Source: a virus (taxonomy: Duplodnaviria > Caudoviricetes). From it: a DNA stretch of 64,000 nucleotides. Of the stretch, positions 29,796 to 39,455 are shown in pieces. The first letter of the stretch is position 1. Each line of letters begins with the position of its first letter. The notes beneath the pieces are model-generated. The model ran no database searches. It worked only from the letters and a program-made list of their open reading frames with translations, and was not told where the DNA came from. The DNA lies in IMG/VR virus record IMGVR_UViG_3300042367_000066, positions 188 to 64,187 of that record, one strand, 5' to 3'. The position numbers and the translations under genes are program-made.

Positions 29796-32700
29796 ATGGC
29801 AGATGGACTAAATACAGCTGAGGCATTATTCTACGCTGGAAGAATGAACAAGGACCTTGACGAGAGATTCATAAAGGATGGTGAGTACATAGACGCCTTG
29901 AATATAAGGATCGGATCTACAGAACTAGGTGCTTCAAGCAACTCAGATCTTGGTAGTATTGGTGCTATAGAGAACTCAAAGGGAAACACTTCGTTAACAG
30001 ACATACAGTACGTAAGTAGTGACGCAAAGTGTATAGGAGCGTACGATGATAGTGCTAACGAGACTATATACTGGTTTGTAACATCTACTGATGCCGACCT
30101 TGTGCTCTCGTATAATGTAGACAATGGTGCTACAATATACCACCTAGTATCTTTGTCATTAAATCCTATTTTAAAATTCGATAAGGATTACCTTATAAAT
30201 GGTATAAATAAGATTGACGACTTATTATTTTGGACGGACAACTTGAACCCTCCAAGGAGAATTAATGTAAAAAGCAGTTACGCTACATTTGATGAGAGTG
30301 ACATATCTGTAATAGTTGCTCCACCTATGAGCGCTCCGAAAATTTCATTGTTCAATGTATTAGGAGAGGAGAACTATATGTTAGATAAGTTTCCTTCATT
30401 TTGTTATAGATACAGATACCTTGACGGAGAGTATAGTGCACTATCTCAGTTCTCAGACATAGCATTTGAGCCAGGAGAGTTTGAGTTGGACTATTCTAGA
30501 TTTGTTAATGTTGGAATGACTAACTCGTTTAATTCAGTAAATATAACTTTTAATACTGGACCAAAACAAGTTGTAGGTATAGATATATGTTTTAAATTGT
30601 CAGACTCAAATATTGTAAATGTAATAGAGAAGTTTGACAAGAAAAAAGAACAGTGGGCTAATAATAGAGAAAGGTCGTTAGTATTTACAAATAGAAAGAT
30701 ATATACAACCCTTCCTGAGAGTGAGCTACTTAGATTGTACGATAATGTACCTAGAATTGCAAAGTCTCAGACATCTATTGGTAACAGAATAATGTATGGG
30801 AACTATGTGGATGGGTATGATGTAGGTGAGATAAATTATTCATTAGACGTTATAAGCACAAATTCAGAAAATAATCTATTACCAGTTACATATACAACTG
30901 GATCTGCGTATACAATAGATCCAGGATCTACAAAGAGTGTACCTAAGTCTGTGTTAAATATAGATTTTACAGATTATTCACTAAAAAAAGATTACGTACT
31001 ATCTATAGAATTTAATATTGTAGGTGATTCATTTTCAGGAAATTCAAATTTTAATACTACTACGTCTCCTGCTCCAAACAATGACTTTTCTTTTTCTTTT
31101 TCTTTTTTATTAGAACAAGACTACGACTCAGTTTTTCAAATGGCTACAAGCCAGGAGTTTATAGATGCCATATCTACACACGAGTTGTATGCAGATTCAG
31201 CAGATGGGATATCATTAACAGACTTCTTTAATGCTGATAAGGTGGCTAAGCCAGATGATGGAACATATCCTCAGTGGAACGATATAGATAGTGGGATATT
31301 TAGTACAAATGGAGCCTTCTTAATAACTGCTATTCCAGGAAGTAATATAATTGGAATACAGTGTCCTGCCGTTAAATTTGAAACAGAGTTTCCAACAGGA
31401 ACATTTTTATACGCTTATCAATACTATAATAATTCAATTACTGACGTATTCTTTAGTAAGTTAGGAGCTAAGAGAAGTCTTCATAGTAATAGGGACTACG
31501 AGGTTGCTATTGTGTATATGGACAACTACTTAAGAAGTTCAACGGCACTTGTAGATACAGATAACACAGTTTTTATAGATGCTGTTAACTCTGATTATAC
31601 AAATAACATTAGAGCCACAATAATAAGCAAGGCTCCTAGTTGGGCTACTAAATACAAGTTTGTTCTAAAGCAGTCTGTATCTTCTTATCAAATAGTGTAT
31701 ACAAATTTATTTTTTATAGATGATCTTGGTAACACTTGGTTTAAGTTAGACGGAGATAATAGACAGAAGGTAAGTGAAAATCAAACACTTATAGTTAAGA
31801 GAGATACAAATGGAGTTGTTAAGAACTTAGTAAATACTACTGTACTTGAACTAGTTACACAGGGTGCGAATTTTATAGCTGGAAACGAAAATAGTAACAG
31901 TGAAGCTATATCAGAGCCAGCTGGTCTATATATGAGGCTTCGTCCATCTGGATTCACAGCTGAGTACGATCCTAACTCATTTAAAGATAATGGTAGTTCA
32001 GGGTCAGAAGATAGAGTCTCTTATTATTTTGATGAGTTGAATCCAGCATATATTCCAGGCCCAACTCCTGGTATTAGTGAAACAAATAGAAAGTACAGGC
32101 CATACGCAGTTCCAGCAGGAAGTCAGATATCTTTTAAGATAAGTATGGGAAGGGGAGGTACTGGTGGTAAGTGTCAAGACTTTGGATATACTTTTTCTAA
32201 GAATTATGTGTCATCAAAGGACTATAATAATATGTTCGAGTGGTTTATTGGAGATAAAGTAAATGTAACTACAGGAGAGTTTAGAGGAGCAGGAGAAGCA
32301 AATCCAGAACAAGAACAATACTATGATTTTCAAACTTGGACTAACGGTACAACTGGAAACTCTGGTAATGGAACTAGTTATTATTTTTGGCAGGCAGAGA
32401 ATGCTGCTCAAGGAGATACATTTATTGATCCATATGGATTAGATTATGAACAGGGAAGACTTAAGTTTACAGCTACAACTGGAGTTCCTTGCTGTAGGTG
32501 TGGTGGAATAAATCCAAAACGTTCTTTTGTAGATATACATGTAACAGTTCAGACAGGTTCTGGAGCACTTATATTTGAGACTCAACCAGAGCCGTCAAAT
32601 GGTGAGATATACTACGAGAACAGTCAGAGTTTTGATATAATTGACGAATACCACATGAGTGGTAATGGAGATAATGATCAGAACCAGACCGCAACACAGG

Positions 32701-35075
32701 ACGCGATTATAGACCTAGACTTCTTTAACTGCTTCTCATTTGGAAACGGTGTAGAGAGTTATAAGGTATACGACTCACTTACTGGGGTTCCTTTCTACTT
32801 AGGTAGCAGGGTTACTGCTGTGTCTCAGGAGGACTTCAAGGAAGCTAAAAGATACGCTGGTATTACCTATAGTGGTATATATAACTCAGAGACAAATCTA
32901 AACAAACTTAACGAGTTCAATCTTGCACTCGTGAACTGGAAGGACTGCGAGAAGTCGTTTGGTCCAATTAACGTGCTACACGGAAGGAAGACAGATGTGC
33001 TTGTTCTTCAAGAGGATAAGGTTTCAAATGTGTTAGTTGGTAAGAACTTACTTTCTGATGCAGCTGGTGGTGGAGCAATAACAGCTACACCAGAGGTCCT
33101 TGGAACTCAGATAGCTAGGATAGAGGAGTACGGAATAAGTAGTAACCCAGAGAGCTTTGTTGTGTATGGTTACGACTCGTACTTCACAGACACTAAGAGG
33201 AACGTGGTTCTTAATCTAAAGGGTGAGGATTTGATTCCTATATCTAACACTGGGATGAGTAGCTGGTTTAGGAATAAGTTTAAGGACAGGGTTGGATACC
33301 AGAATATTGGAGGTTACGACCCGTATATGAAGGAGTACGTACTATCTCTTAGTGATAATAAGTTACCGTCAGAACCAATAGTGTATAACTGTGGAACAAC
33401 AATATCTCAGCAAAATACATCTACACCATCATTTTTTTATGTTGAGGTTGGAAGTATAATTGGCGATGTTGATATAGACTATAACTTCTCTAGCGGAAGC
33501 TCTGCCATAATTGTTAGGTATAATGGAGCTGTGGTTGTAGACAGAACAATTACTGGGACTGGTTTCTATTCGTTCTATAAAACACTGGTAGATCCAACTA
33601 TAATAGAGGTGGAGATGTATCCTGTTGATGCTACTTATAGCATACTATTTAATTGTGCAGCATCTGAAGAGATAACAGTAGTTAGAGTTGTTTTAAACTC
33701 TGTTGATGACATAGGAAAGACCATACATAATAACTATAACTGGACACTTGGGTCTCACACAAGTATTACCAACACAGACTTTATAACAATGGAGAGCGAT
33801 ACTGTGTCTCTATACGATACGGATACAGAGATGGCTTCGTTTGGAGTTATACCTGCGTTTGGAAGTACGGTTAAGATGAGCTCTAATAAACTTACTGGAG
33901 ACACATTTGTCTTTAATAACAGTGATTTCAAGTACCTAATATCCGATACACTATACTCAGAGGGTGAGGTTGACCTATTAAAGTATGAGTTAGACGTGGC
34001 TAGTCCAGTGTTTAACCCTTCAACTGGAAACTACGAGGCTAGTTTTGACTACATCAATCCAAATAGAGAAAAGTATCTATACCTTGTGTGGGATTATATG
34101 ATAAGTACAGAGATAGACCTATGTTACGACGAGTTGTATTTTACTCAAGCATGTATTGATTGTTATACTGGATCTATCCCTAGTGTAATAACAACAAGCC
34201 TATCTAGCATAGCTAGTACTACAGCAACATCTGGTGGGACAATACTTAGTGGTGGTGGATCTAATATAACTGACAAGGGAGTTGTATGGAGTACGTCTCC
34301 AAACCCAACAACAAGCCTTCCAACGAAGACAAATGATGGAACTGGTACTGATTCATTTATTAGCTCTATTACAGGGCTTACACCTAGTGTTACATACTAC
34401 GTTAGGGCATACGCTATAAATGGAGTTGGAACTGCTTATGGAAATGAGTTATCTTTTACATCAGCGGTACCTGCGTTGCCTACGGTAAAGATTTGCGATC
34501 AGACTTGGACACTATATAATCTTGATGTTACAAAATATAGAAATGGAGATGATATTCCACAAGCAGCTACTGATGCAGATTGGTTAGATAAAGGTGCAAA
34601 TGGAATAGGAGCCTGGTGTTATCCAAACAACGATCCAGCAAATGGTCCAATATATGGTAAGTTATATAACTGGTATGCAGTGAATGACACTGCCCATGGT
34701 GGGTTAGCACCTGTAGGATACCATGTTCCATCAGATGCAGAATGGACTACATTAACCAATAATTGTTTAGGTGGAGAAAGTGTAGCAGGTGGTAAAATGA
34801 AATCAACAGGTACAGTAGAAGCAGGTACTGGTTTGTGGTATAGCCCTAACACAGGCGCTACAAATTCTAGTGGTTTTACAGGTATTCCTGCAGGTAATCG
34901 AAGTTCAGTTGGAGCGTTCCTAACAGCATTTAGAGGGGGTGGGGCTTGGTGGAGTTCTTCAGAGTACAATGAATTCCAAGCCTTTTGGCGCTACATGATT
35001 TACAATACAGATAATGTTACTAGTTTCAACGCTAATAAAAGAAATGGTTTATCAGTAAGACTAATAAAAGATTAA
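29796..35075 (+). CDS. Tail nozzle/stabilisation protein (N-terminal part) fused to FN3 and FISUMP (Fib_succ_major) domains
   Basis: GRMNKDLDER...GEYIDALNI; LLFWTDNLNPPRRIN; GGYDPY; C-terminal GL.P..TYYVRAYA.N and NL.VT.YRNGD...YGKLYNWYAV...GLSVRLIKD. Confidence 0.8.
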   Translation: MADGLNTAEALFYAGRMNKDLDERFIKDGEYIDALNIRIGSTELGASSNSDLGSIGAIENSKGNTSLTDIQYVSSDAKCIGAYDDSANETIYWFVTSTDADLVLSYNVDNGATIYHLVSLSLNPILKFDKDYLINGINKIDDLLFWTDNLNPPRRINVKSSYATFDESDISVIVAPPMSAPKISLFNVLGEENYMLDKFPSFCYRYRYLDGEYSALSQFSDIAFEPGEFELDYSRFVNVGMTNSFNSVNITFNTGPKQVVGIDICFKLSDSNIVNVIEKFDKKKEQWANNRERSLVFTNRKIYTTLPESELLRLYDNVPRIAKSQTSIGNRIMYGNYVDGYDVGEINYSLDVISTNSENNLLPVTYTTGSAYTIDPGSTKSVPKSVLNIDFTDYSLKKDYVLSIEFNIVGDSFSGNSNFNTTTSPAPNNDFSFSFSFLLEQDYDSVFQMATSQEFIDAISTHELYADSADGISLTDFFNADKVAKPDDGTYPQWNDIDSGIFSTNGAFLITAIPGSNIIGIQCPAVKFETEFPTGTFLYAYQYYNNSITDVFFSKLGAKRSLHSNRDYEVAIVYMDNYLRSSTALVDTDNTVFIDAVNSDYTNNIRATIISKAPSWATKYKFVLKQSVSSYQIVYTNLFFIDDLGNTWFKLDGDNRQKVSENQTLIVKRDTNGVVKNLVNTTVLELVTQGANFIAGNENSNSEAISEPAGLYMRLRPSGFTAEYDPNSFKDNGSSGSEDRVSYYFDELNPAYIPGPTPGISETNRKYRPYAVPAGSQISFKISMGRGGTGGKCQDFGYTFSKNYVSSKDYNNMFEWFIGDKVNVTTGEFRGAGEANPEQEQYYDFQTWTNGTTGNSGNGTSYYFWQAENAAQGDTFIDPYGLDYEQGRLKFTATTGVPCCRCGGINPKRSFVDIHVTVQTGSGALIFETQPEPSNGEIYYENSQSFDIIDEYHMSGNGDNDQNQTATQDAIIDLDFFNCFSFGNGVESYKVYDSLTGVPFYLGSRVTAVSQEDFKEAKRYAGITYSGIYNSETNLNKLNEFNLALVNWKDCEKSFGPINVLHGRKTDVLVLQEDKVSNVLVGKNLLSDAAGGGAITATPEVLGTQIARIEEYGISSNPESFVVYGYDSYFTDTKRNVVLNLKGEDLIPISNTGMSSWFRNKFKDRVGYQNIGGYDPYMKEYVLSLSDNKLPSEPIVYNCGTTISQQNTSTPSFFYVEVGSIIGDVDIDYNFSSGSSAIIVRYNGAVVVDRTITGTGFYSFYKTLVDPTIIEVEMYPVDATYSILFNCAASEEITVVRVVLNSVDDIGKTIHNNYNWTLGSHTSITNTDFITMESDTVSLYDTDTEMASFGVIPAFGSTVKMSSNKLTGDTFVFNNSDFKYLISDTLYSEGEVDLLKYELDVASPVFNPSTGNYEASFDYINPNREKYLYLVWDYMISTEIDLCYDELYFTQACIDCYTGSIPSVITTSLSSIASTTATSGGTILSGGGSNITDKGVVWSTSPNPTTSLPTKTNDGTGTDSFISSITGLTPSVTYYVRAYAINGVGTAYGNELSFTSAVPALPTVKICDQTWTLYNLDVTKYRNGDDIPQAATDADWLDKGANGIGAWCYPNNDPANGPIYGKLYNWYAVNDTAHGGLAPVGYHVPSDAEWTTLTNNCLGGESVAGGKMKSTGTVEAGTGLWYSPNTGATNSSGFTGIPAGNRSSVGAFLTAFRGGGAWWSSSEYNEFQAFWRYMIYNTDNVTSFNANKRNGLSVRLIKD

Positions 35076-35077
35076 AT

Positions 35078-36019
35078 ATGATTGTATATATAAACTCGGC
35101 AAGTTTTTCAAACGCAACGTCAGTGTTCCTAAACGAGTTGCTAACTATTATAGCTCCAGACGGGTTTTACTCAGATGGACTGTACTACAGACAACAAATA
35201 AATGGTAACTTAATAGATCTGCTTCCTTGCGTTGGTATAGACACTGTATCTATAACCAATATAGCTGAAACCACAGCAACATTTAATGGTGACTTTGTAA
35301 ACAACGGAGGTGATGTCAACGCTATAAGAGGATTCGTCTATGGCACAAGTACTAACCCTACTACAGCAAATAGCGTTATAACAGACACTGTAAGGGGTCA
35401 GGGAGTGTACTCGTTAAATGTTACTGGACTAACATCTGGAGTTACCTACTACGTAAGGGCTTACGCTATAGTGTTTGGAGAGACTCTATATGGGGATCAG
35501 TTAACATTTACAACCGTTATTATTGATCCTTGTGCTGCGTATACAATAGGTCAATTAGCATTAGGTGGTATCATTGCATATATTTTACAACCAGGTGATC
35601 CTGGATATAACGCAGGAGTTTGTCATGGGCTTGTTGCAACTGAAGCAGATTTTCCATTTCCTGCACCATGGGGATGTAGTGGAACATTACTTATAGGAGC
35701 AGATGGAACAGCAATAGGAACAGGAGAGCAAAATACTGTTGATATTACATCAGGGTGTTTAACACCAGGTATTGCTGCAAAAGTATGTCTTGATTTAGTA
35801 GAAAATACTTACAATGATTGGTATTTACCAAGTAAGGATGAATTAAATAAATTATACTTAAATAGAGTTGCAATTGGAGGTTTCTCTACTACAGTTTATT
35901 GGAGTTCTAGTGAAGTTAGTCTAGATTATGCATGGTCTAAAGATTTTACTAGTGGAGTAGATATAAATAGTATATTTAAAATGAATTCTATGCCTATTCG
36001 TCCTATAAGATCTTTTTAA
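35078..36019 (+). CDS. FN3 + DUF1566 (Lcl C-terminal, CLec-fold) adhesin-like protein
   Basis: TYYVRAYA; YNDWYLPSKDELNKLY; YWSSSE...AW; IRPIRSF end. Confidence 0.8.
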   Translation: MIVYINSASFSNATSVFLNELLTIIAPDGFYSDGLYYRQQINGNLIDLLPCVGIDTVSITNIAETTATFNGDFVNNGGDVNAIRGFVYGTSTNPTTANSVITDTVRGQGVYSLNVTGLTSGVTYYVRAYAIVFGETLYGDQLTFTTVIIDPCAAYTIGQLALGGIIAYILQPGDPGYNAGVCHGLVATEADFPFPAPWGCSGTLLIGADGTAIGTGEQNTVDITSGCLTPGIAAKVCLDLVENTYNDWYLPSKDELNKLYLNRVAIGGFSTTVYWSSSEVSLDYAWSKDFTSGVDINSIFKMNSMPIRPIRSF

Positions 36020-36032
36020 TAATAATAACAAT

Positions 36033-36800
36033 ATGGCAAACACACTAGTATACAGCGAGGCTTCAAAGGGTTGGCCGTCATTCTTCTCTTACGAACCAGA
36101 GAAGATGATTGGGATGAACAGCTACTTCTACACATTTAAGGGTGGCAATCTGTGGAGACACAACGTAAACGAGACAAGGAACAAATTCTATGACGCACCG
36201 CCACCATATATATCAAAGGTAGCTGGGGTATTCAACGTGCAACCAAATGTTGTGAAGAACTTCAACACGTTTGTTACAAACAACGACACACCTTGGGACT
36301 GTACGTTCTACACGGATCTTTCTAAGGGTACTGCCTCTAAATCTCAATTTACTGAGAAGGAGGGAGGATACTTTGCGTATATACGTGGGGCTTCAAATAG
36401 TAACGACCCTAAGCTGAGGTCTAACCACGGTATTGGTGTGCCAACATCTGTTGATACGTCTAATCCAACTGAAGTTGTTGTAACATTTGCAGGAGATATA
36501 GGGAGTATTATAAGCACAGGTAGTGACGTATACGCTGGAGAGATAGTATCTGATGCAGTGCCGTCAACACGGTTAATAGGACCTGTTATGTCAAGAACAA
36601 ACAACTCTATAACAATAGACTGCACGGTTTTTGGTGGAAGTCTTCCGCTTGTAACTGACATGGTGATATGCTCTAAGAACCTACAGGCTGAGTCTTATGG
36701 ACTGAGGGGGTACTTCATGCAGTTTGAGTTAGAGAATACCGCAACCAGTAGGGTACAGTTGTACAATGTGCAGTCAAGTATTTTCAAAAGTAATCCTTAA
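36033..36800 (+). CDS. Tail nozzle C-terminal part as a separate gene
   Basis: TL.YSE..KGWPSFFSY.PE.MIGMN.YFYTFKGG.LW.HN; EKEG..FAYI; GLRGY.M. Confidence 0.6.
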   Translation: MANTLVYSEASKGWPSFFSYEPEKMIGMNSYFYTFKGGNLWRHNVNETRNKFYDAPPPYISKVAGVFNVQPNVVKNFNTFVTNNDTPWDCTFYTDLSKGTASKSQFTEKEGGYFAYIRGASNSNDPKLRSNHGIGVPTSVDTSNPTEVVVTFAGDIGSIISTGSDVYAGEIVSDAVPSTRLIGPVMSRTNNSITIDCTVFGGSLPLVTDMVICSKNLQAESYGLRGYFMQFELENTATSRVQLYNVQSSIFKSNP

Positions 36801-36808
36801 AAATTCAC

Positions 36809-36816
36809 TACCTTTG
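36809..36816 (+). promoter_or_regulatory. -7 promoter element (leaderless start at 36821)
   Basis: TACCTTTG 4 nt before ATG. Confidence 0.65.
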
Positions 36817-36820
36817 CAGT

Positions 36821-37225
36821 ATGTATATACGAAAGTTAGAGCATAGCGACTACGACGAGATACTTACAAAGTGGTGGAAGGACTGGAGATGGTCGGCACC
36901 TCCAAGGGATTTTCTTCCAGAGGATGCAACAGGAGGTCTAATTATATACGACGAAGAGGTTCCAGTTTGCGCTGGATTTGTCTACATGACAAACTCTAAG
37001 GTTGGATGGGTTGAGTTCGTGGTTTCAAATATAGAGTACAAGGACAAGGAGAACAGGAAGTTGTACCTGTCAACTCTTGTTAACTCGCTAGGGAATATAC
37101 TAAAGAACGTAGGGGCAAAGTACACGTACGTGTCTCTAAAGAACGAGAGTCTAATAAAAATATACGAGGAACTTGGGTACGTTAAGGGATCCAAGGGATG
37201 TTTTGAAATGATAAAACAATTATAG
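36821..37225 (+). CDS. GNAT-fold acetyltransferase-like virion morphogenesis protein
   Basis: MYIRKL...PVCAGFVY...LIKIYEELGY; position before ejection genes like T7 gp13-type proteins. Confidence 0.55.
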   Translation: MYIRKLEHSDYDEILTKWWKDWRWSAPPRDFLPEDATGGLIIYDEEVPVCAGFVYMTNSKVGWVEFVVSNIEYKDKENRKLYLSTLVNSLGNILKNVGAKYTYVSLKNESLIKIYEELGYVKGSKGCFEMIKQL

Positions 37226-37226
37226 A

Positions 37227-37970
37227 ATGGCAGTAGTAACAGGATTAGCTATAGCAGCAGTAGGAACAGCAGCGTCAATAGGGATGAACCTATCGGCAGC
37301 GGCAAAGCAGTCAAAGGCTCAGTCTGCGGCAGAGCAGGCAGCTGGTGAGGCTGCAGCAAAGGCAGAGGCAGAGTACCAGAAGGAGTTTGCAGGTGGAGTA
37401 CAGCTACCTATGGAGGCCTACCAGCAGGCTGGAAGAGAGAACACAGCACAGCAGATGCAGTCGTTACAGGCACTACAGGAGGCAGACACACGGTCACTTG
37501 CCGCTGGAGTTGGTAAGGTTCAGGCAGCAGCCACAGAGGCTCAGGCTGGAATAACAGATAAGATGAGGGAAGACCTGTTTTCATTAGAGTCTACTCAGAT
37601 GAAGGAGAAGATGGCAAACAGGGACCAGATAGCTAGAATGAATGAGGAACGTGCTAAGGGAGCACAGATAGCTGCGGCAAATGCAGAGGCAGCTAAGATG
37701 AAAGCCTATGGAGGGATAGCGTCTAGCTTATCTGGATTAGGACAAACGGCATTACAGTCAGCTCCTTTGTATGGGACTTCAACTCCACCAACTGCTGGTT
37801 CTTTTTCTAGTAATCCAGCAAATCAGTTACCAACTAGTTTAAGTGGGTTTACAAATAGTACGCCTAGTGCATTTAATCCACCTCAGGTACCAGGTCTTAC
37901 ATCTCCATCTGTTTTAGCTAGTGGGTATGACTTTAATAAGCCGTTATATACTTTTAATAACATAAAATAA
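37227..37970 (+). CDS. Internal virion/ejection protein
   Basis: Hydrophobic Ala/Gly N-terminus, Ala/Gln-rich helix. Confidence 0.65.
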   Translation: MAVVTGLAIAAVGTAASIGMNLSAAAKQSKAQSAAEQAAGEAAAKAEAEYQKEFAGGVQLPMEAYQQAGRENTAQQMQSLQALQEADTRSLAAGVGKVQAAATEAQAGITDKMREDLFSLESTQMKEKMANRDQIARMNEERAKGAQIAAANAEAAKMKAYGGIASSLSGLGQTALQSAPLYGTSTPPTAGSFSSNPANQLPTSLSGFTNSTPSAFNPPQVPGLTSPSVLASGYDFNKPLYTFNNIK

Positions 37971-39452
37971 ATGGAATACTACGGATATAAGGACAGAGGT
38001 GAGGCAGGTAACCCTATAGTTGACTGGGGTAAGATTGCAAGTGACCTTACACAGAATCTAACAAAGATTGAAGAGGGTAGGGAGGCAAAGCGTAAGGAGA
38101 TCGATGAGGTAACTCAGGGCTTTGTTGACGAGATAGGCAAGGTTGACTTTGGTCACAGCCAGTCTATGGGCACATTCATTCAAGACTCTGCCAACTCTAC
38201 CAAGCAGTACACACTACTACAACAGAAGTTACTCAAGCAGGGTAAGATAGATCCTAACCAGTACAAGATGAACCTTCAGAATCAGAAGGACTCCTGGAAT
38301 TCATTCACCAATGTAACAAAGAACTGGAACTCTAACTACGACAGGTTTGTGGATATGCAGGCCAAGGGACTAGTTGGACAGCAGGCCGCTGACCAGATGG
38401 AGTTGCTAGGTAACATGCAGAACTTCCAGAACAAGAAGTCATTCATTGATCCAGCTAGTGGTAACCTATACGTTGCTGAGTATGACAAGGAGGGTAAGAT
38501 AGATACAACAAAGTTTCAGCCACAGAGCGCAACTGGTATGTTTAAGATTATGGGAGATATTCCTACAAAAGTAAATATTACAGCTGAGGTTGCTAAGAAT
38601 AGTAAGATAGCAGAGTTCAAGAAGATGACTGCTGGAATGATGGTATCAGATCCAACAGCAAGACCAGAGTACACAAAAATGGCAGATCAGGTTGCTAACA
38701 GCGTACTGTCTTCAGACAGAGCTATTGGAAGCGTTCTTATGGACACTGTGGGTGGATATACGACAACATACCAGCCAGATCCTAGTAAGTATACAGACGA
38801 AGAGAAGACAGCCGCTAAGGCAGGAAAACTGATCGTATACAAGAGAGACGGAACTGGAAACTATAACCCAGCTGACTTTACACAAGCACAGATGGAAGAG
38901 GCTAGAAAGGCTGTTAAGGACAACCTAAGATCACAGCTTGGATACGAGGCAGAGCCTATTAAGACTACAAGTAGTGGACGTGGTGGATCTGATAAAGGAC
39001 TTACAGAAGCACAAAGATTAGCTCAGGAGGCTAAGCAGCCTATATTTGGTGATCCAACTCCAGATAAAGGAATGAAAGGAAAGACTGTTGTAGACGTTAG
39101 AAACGCTGCAATATCAATAGGAAAGAGTGGTGACGTTCAAAATATTACCGAGATAGGATACTCTCCAAAAAGGGGAGGTTTGTATTTATTGTATGATAAG
39201 TATACTGGAGTAAAGGATGAGTTTGATTTTGCTTCAGGTAAGAAAATGAATACAGTAGTTGTAAATGAAGGAGACGCTTCGTTTAGTTCTATATTAAAGC
39301 AACTAGGAGTTAATAAAAGTGAGTTTCAATACTTAAAACAAGGTGCTAAAACTGCTTCAGGTACACAGTCTGATTTTAATTCAAAGTGGGCTAAATTAAA
39401 GAAAGGTCAATCATTGGTAGGTCCTGATGGGAATACATACACAAAAAAATAA
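37971..39452 (+). CDS. Internal virion/ejection protein
   Basis: 493 aa helical protein in ejection module. Confidence 0.6.
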   Translation: MEYYGYKDRGEAGNPIVDWGKIASDLTQNLTKIEEGREAKRKEIDEVTQGFVDEIGKVDFGHSQSMGTFIQDSANSTKQYTLLQQKLLKQGKIDPNQYKMNLQNQKDSWNSFTNVTKNWNSNYDRFVDMQAKGLVGQQAADQMELLGNMQNFQNKKSFIDPASGNLYVAEYDKEGKIDTTKFQPQSATGMFKIMGDIPTKVNITAEVAKNSKIAEFKKMTAGMMVSDPTARPEYTKMADQVANSVLSSDRAIGSVLMDTVGGYTTTYQPDPSKYTDEEKTAAKAGKLIVYKRDGTGNYNPADFTQAQMEEARKAVKDNLRSQLGYEAEPIKTTSSGRGGSDKGLTEAQRLAQEAKQPIFGDPTPDKGMKGKTVVDVRNAAISIGKSGDVQNITEIGYSPKRGGLYLLYDKYTGVKDEFDFASGKKMNTVVVNEGDASFSSILKQLGVNKSEFQYLKQGAKTASGTQSDFNSKWAKLKKGQSLVGPDGNTYTKK

Positions 39453-39455
39453 TAA

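Noticed and set aside
34480-36019. Diversity-generating retroelement targeting the FISUMP and DUF1566 C-termini
   Set aside because: These are typical DGR target folds, but no reverse transcriptase and no adenine-variant template repeat were seen in the window
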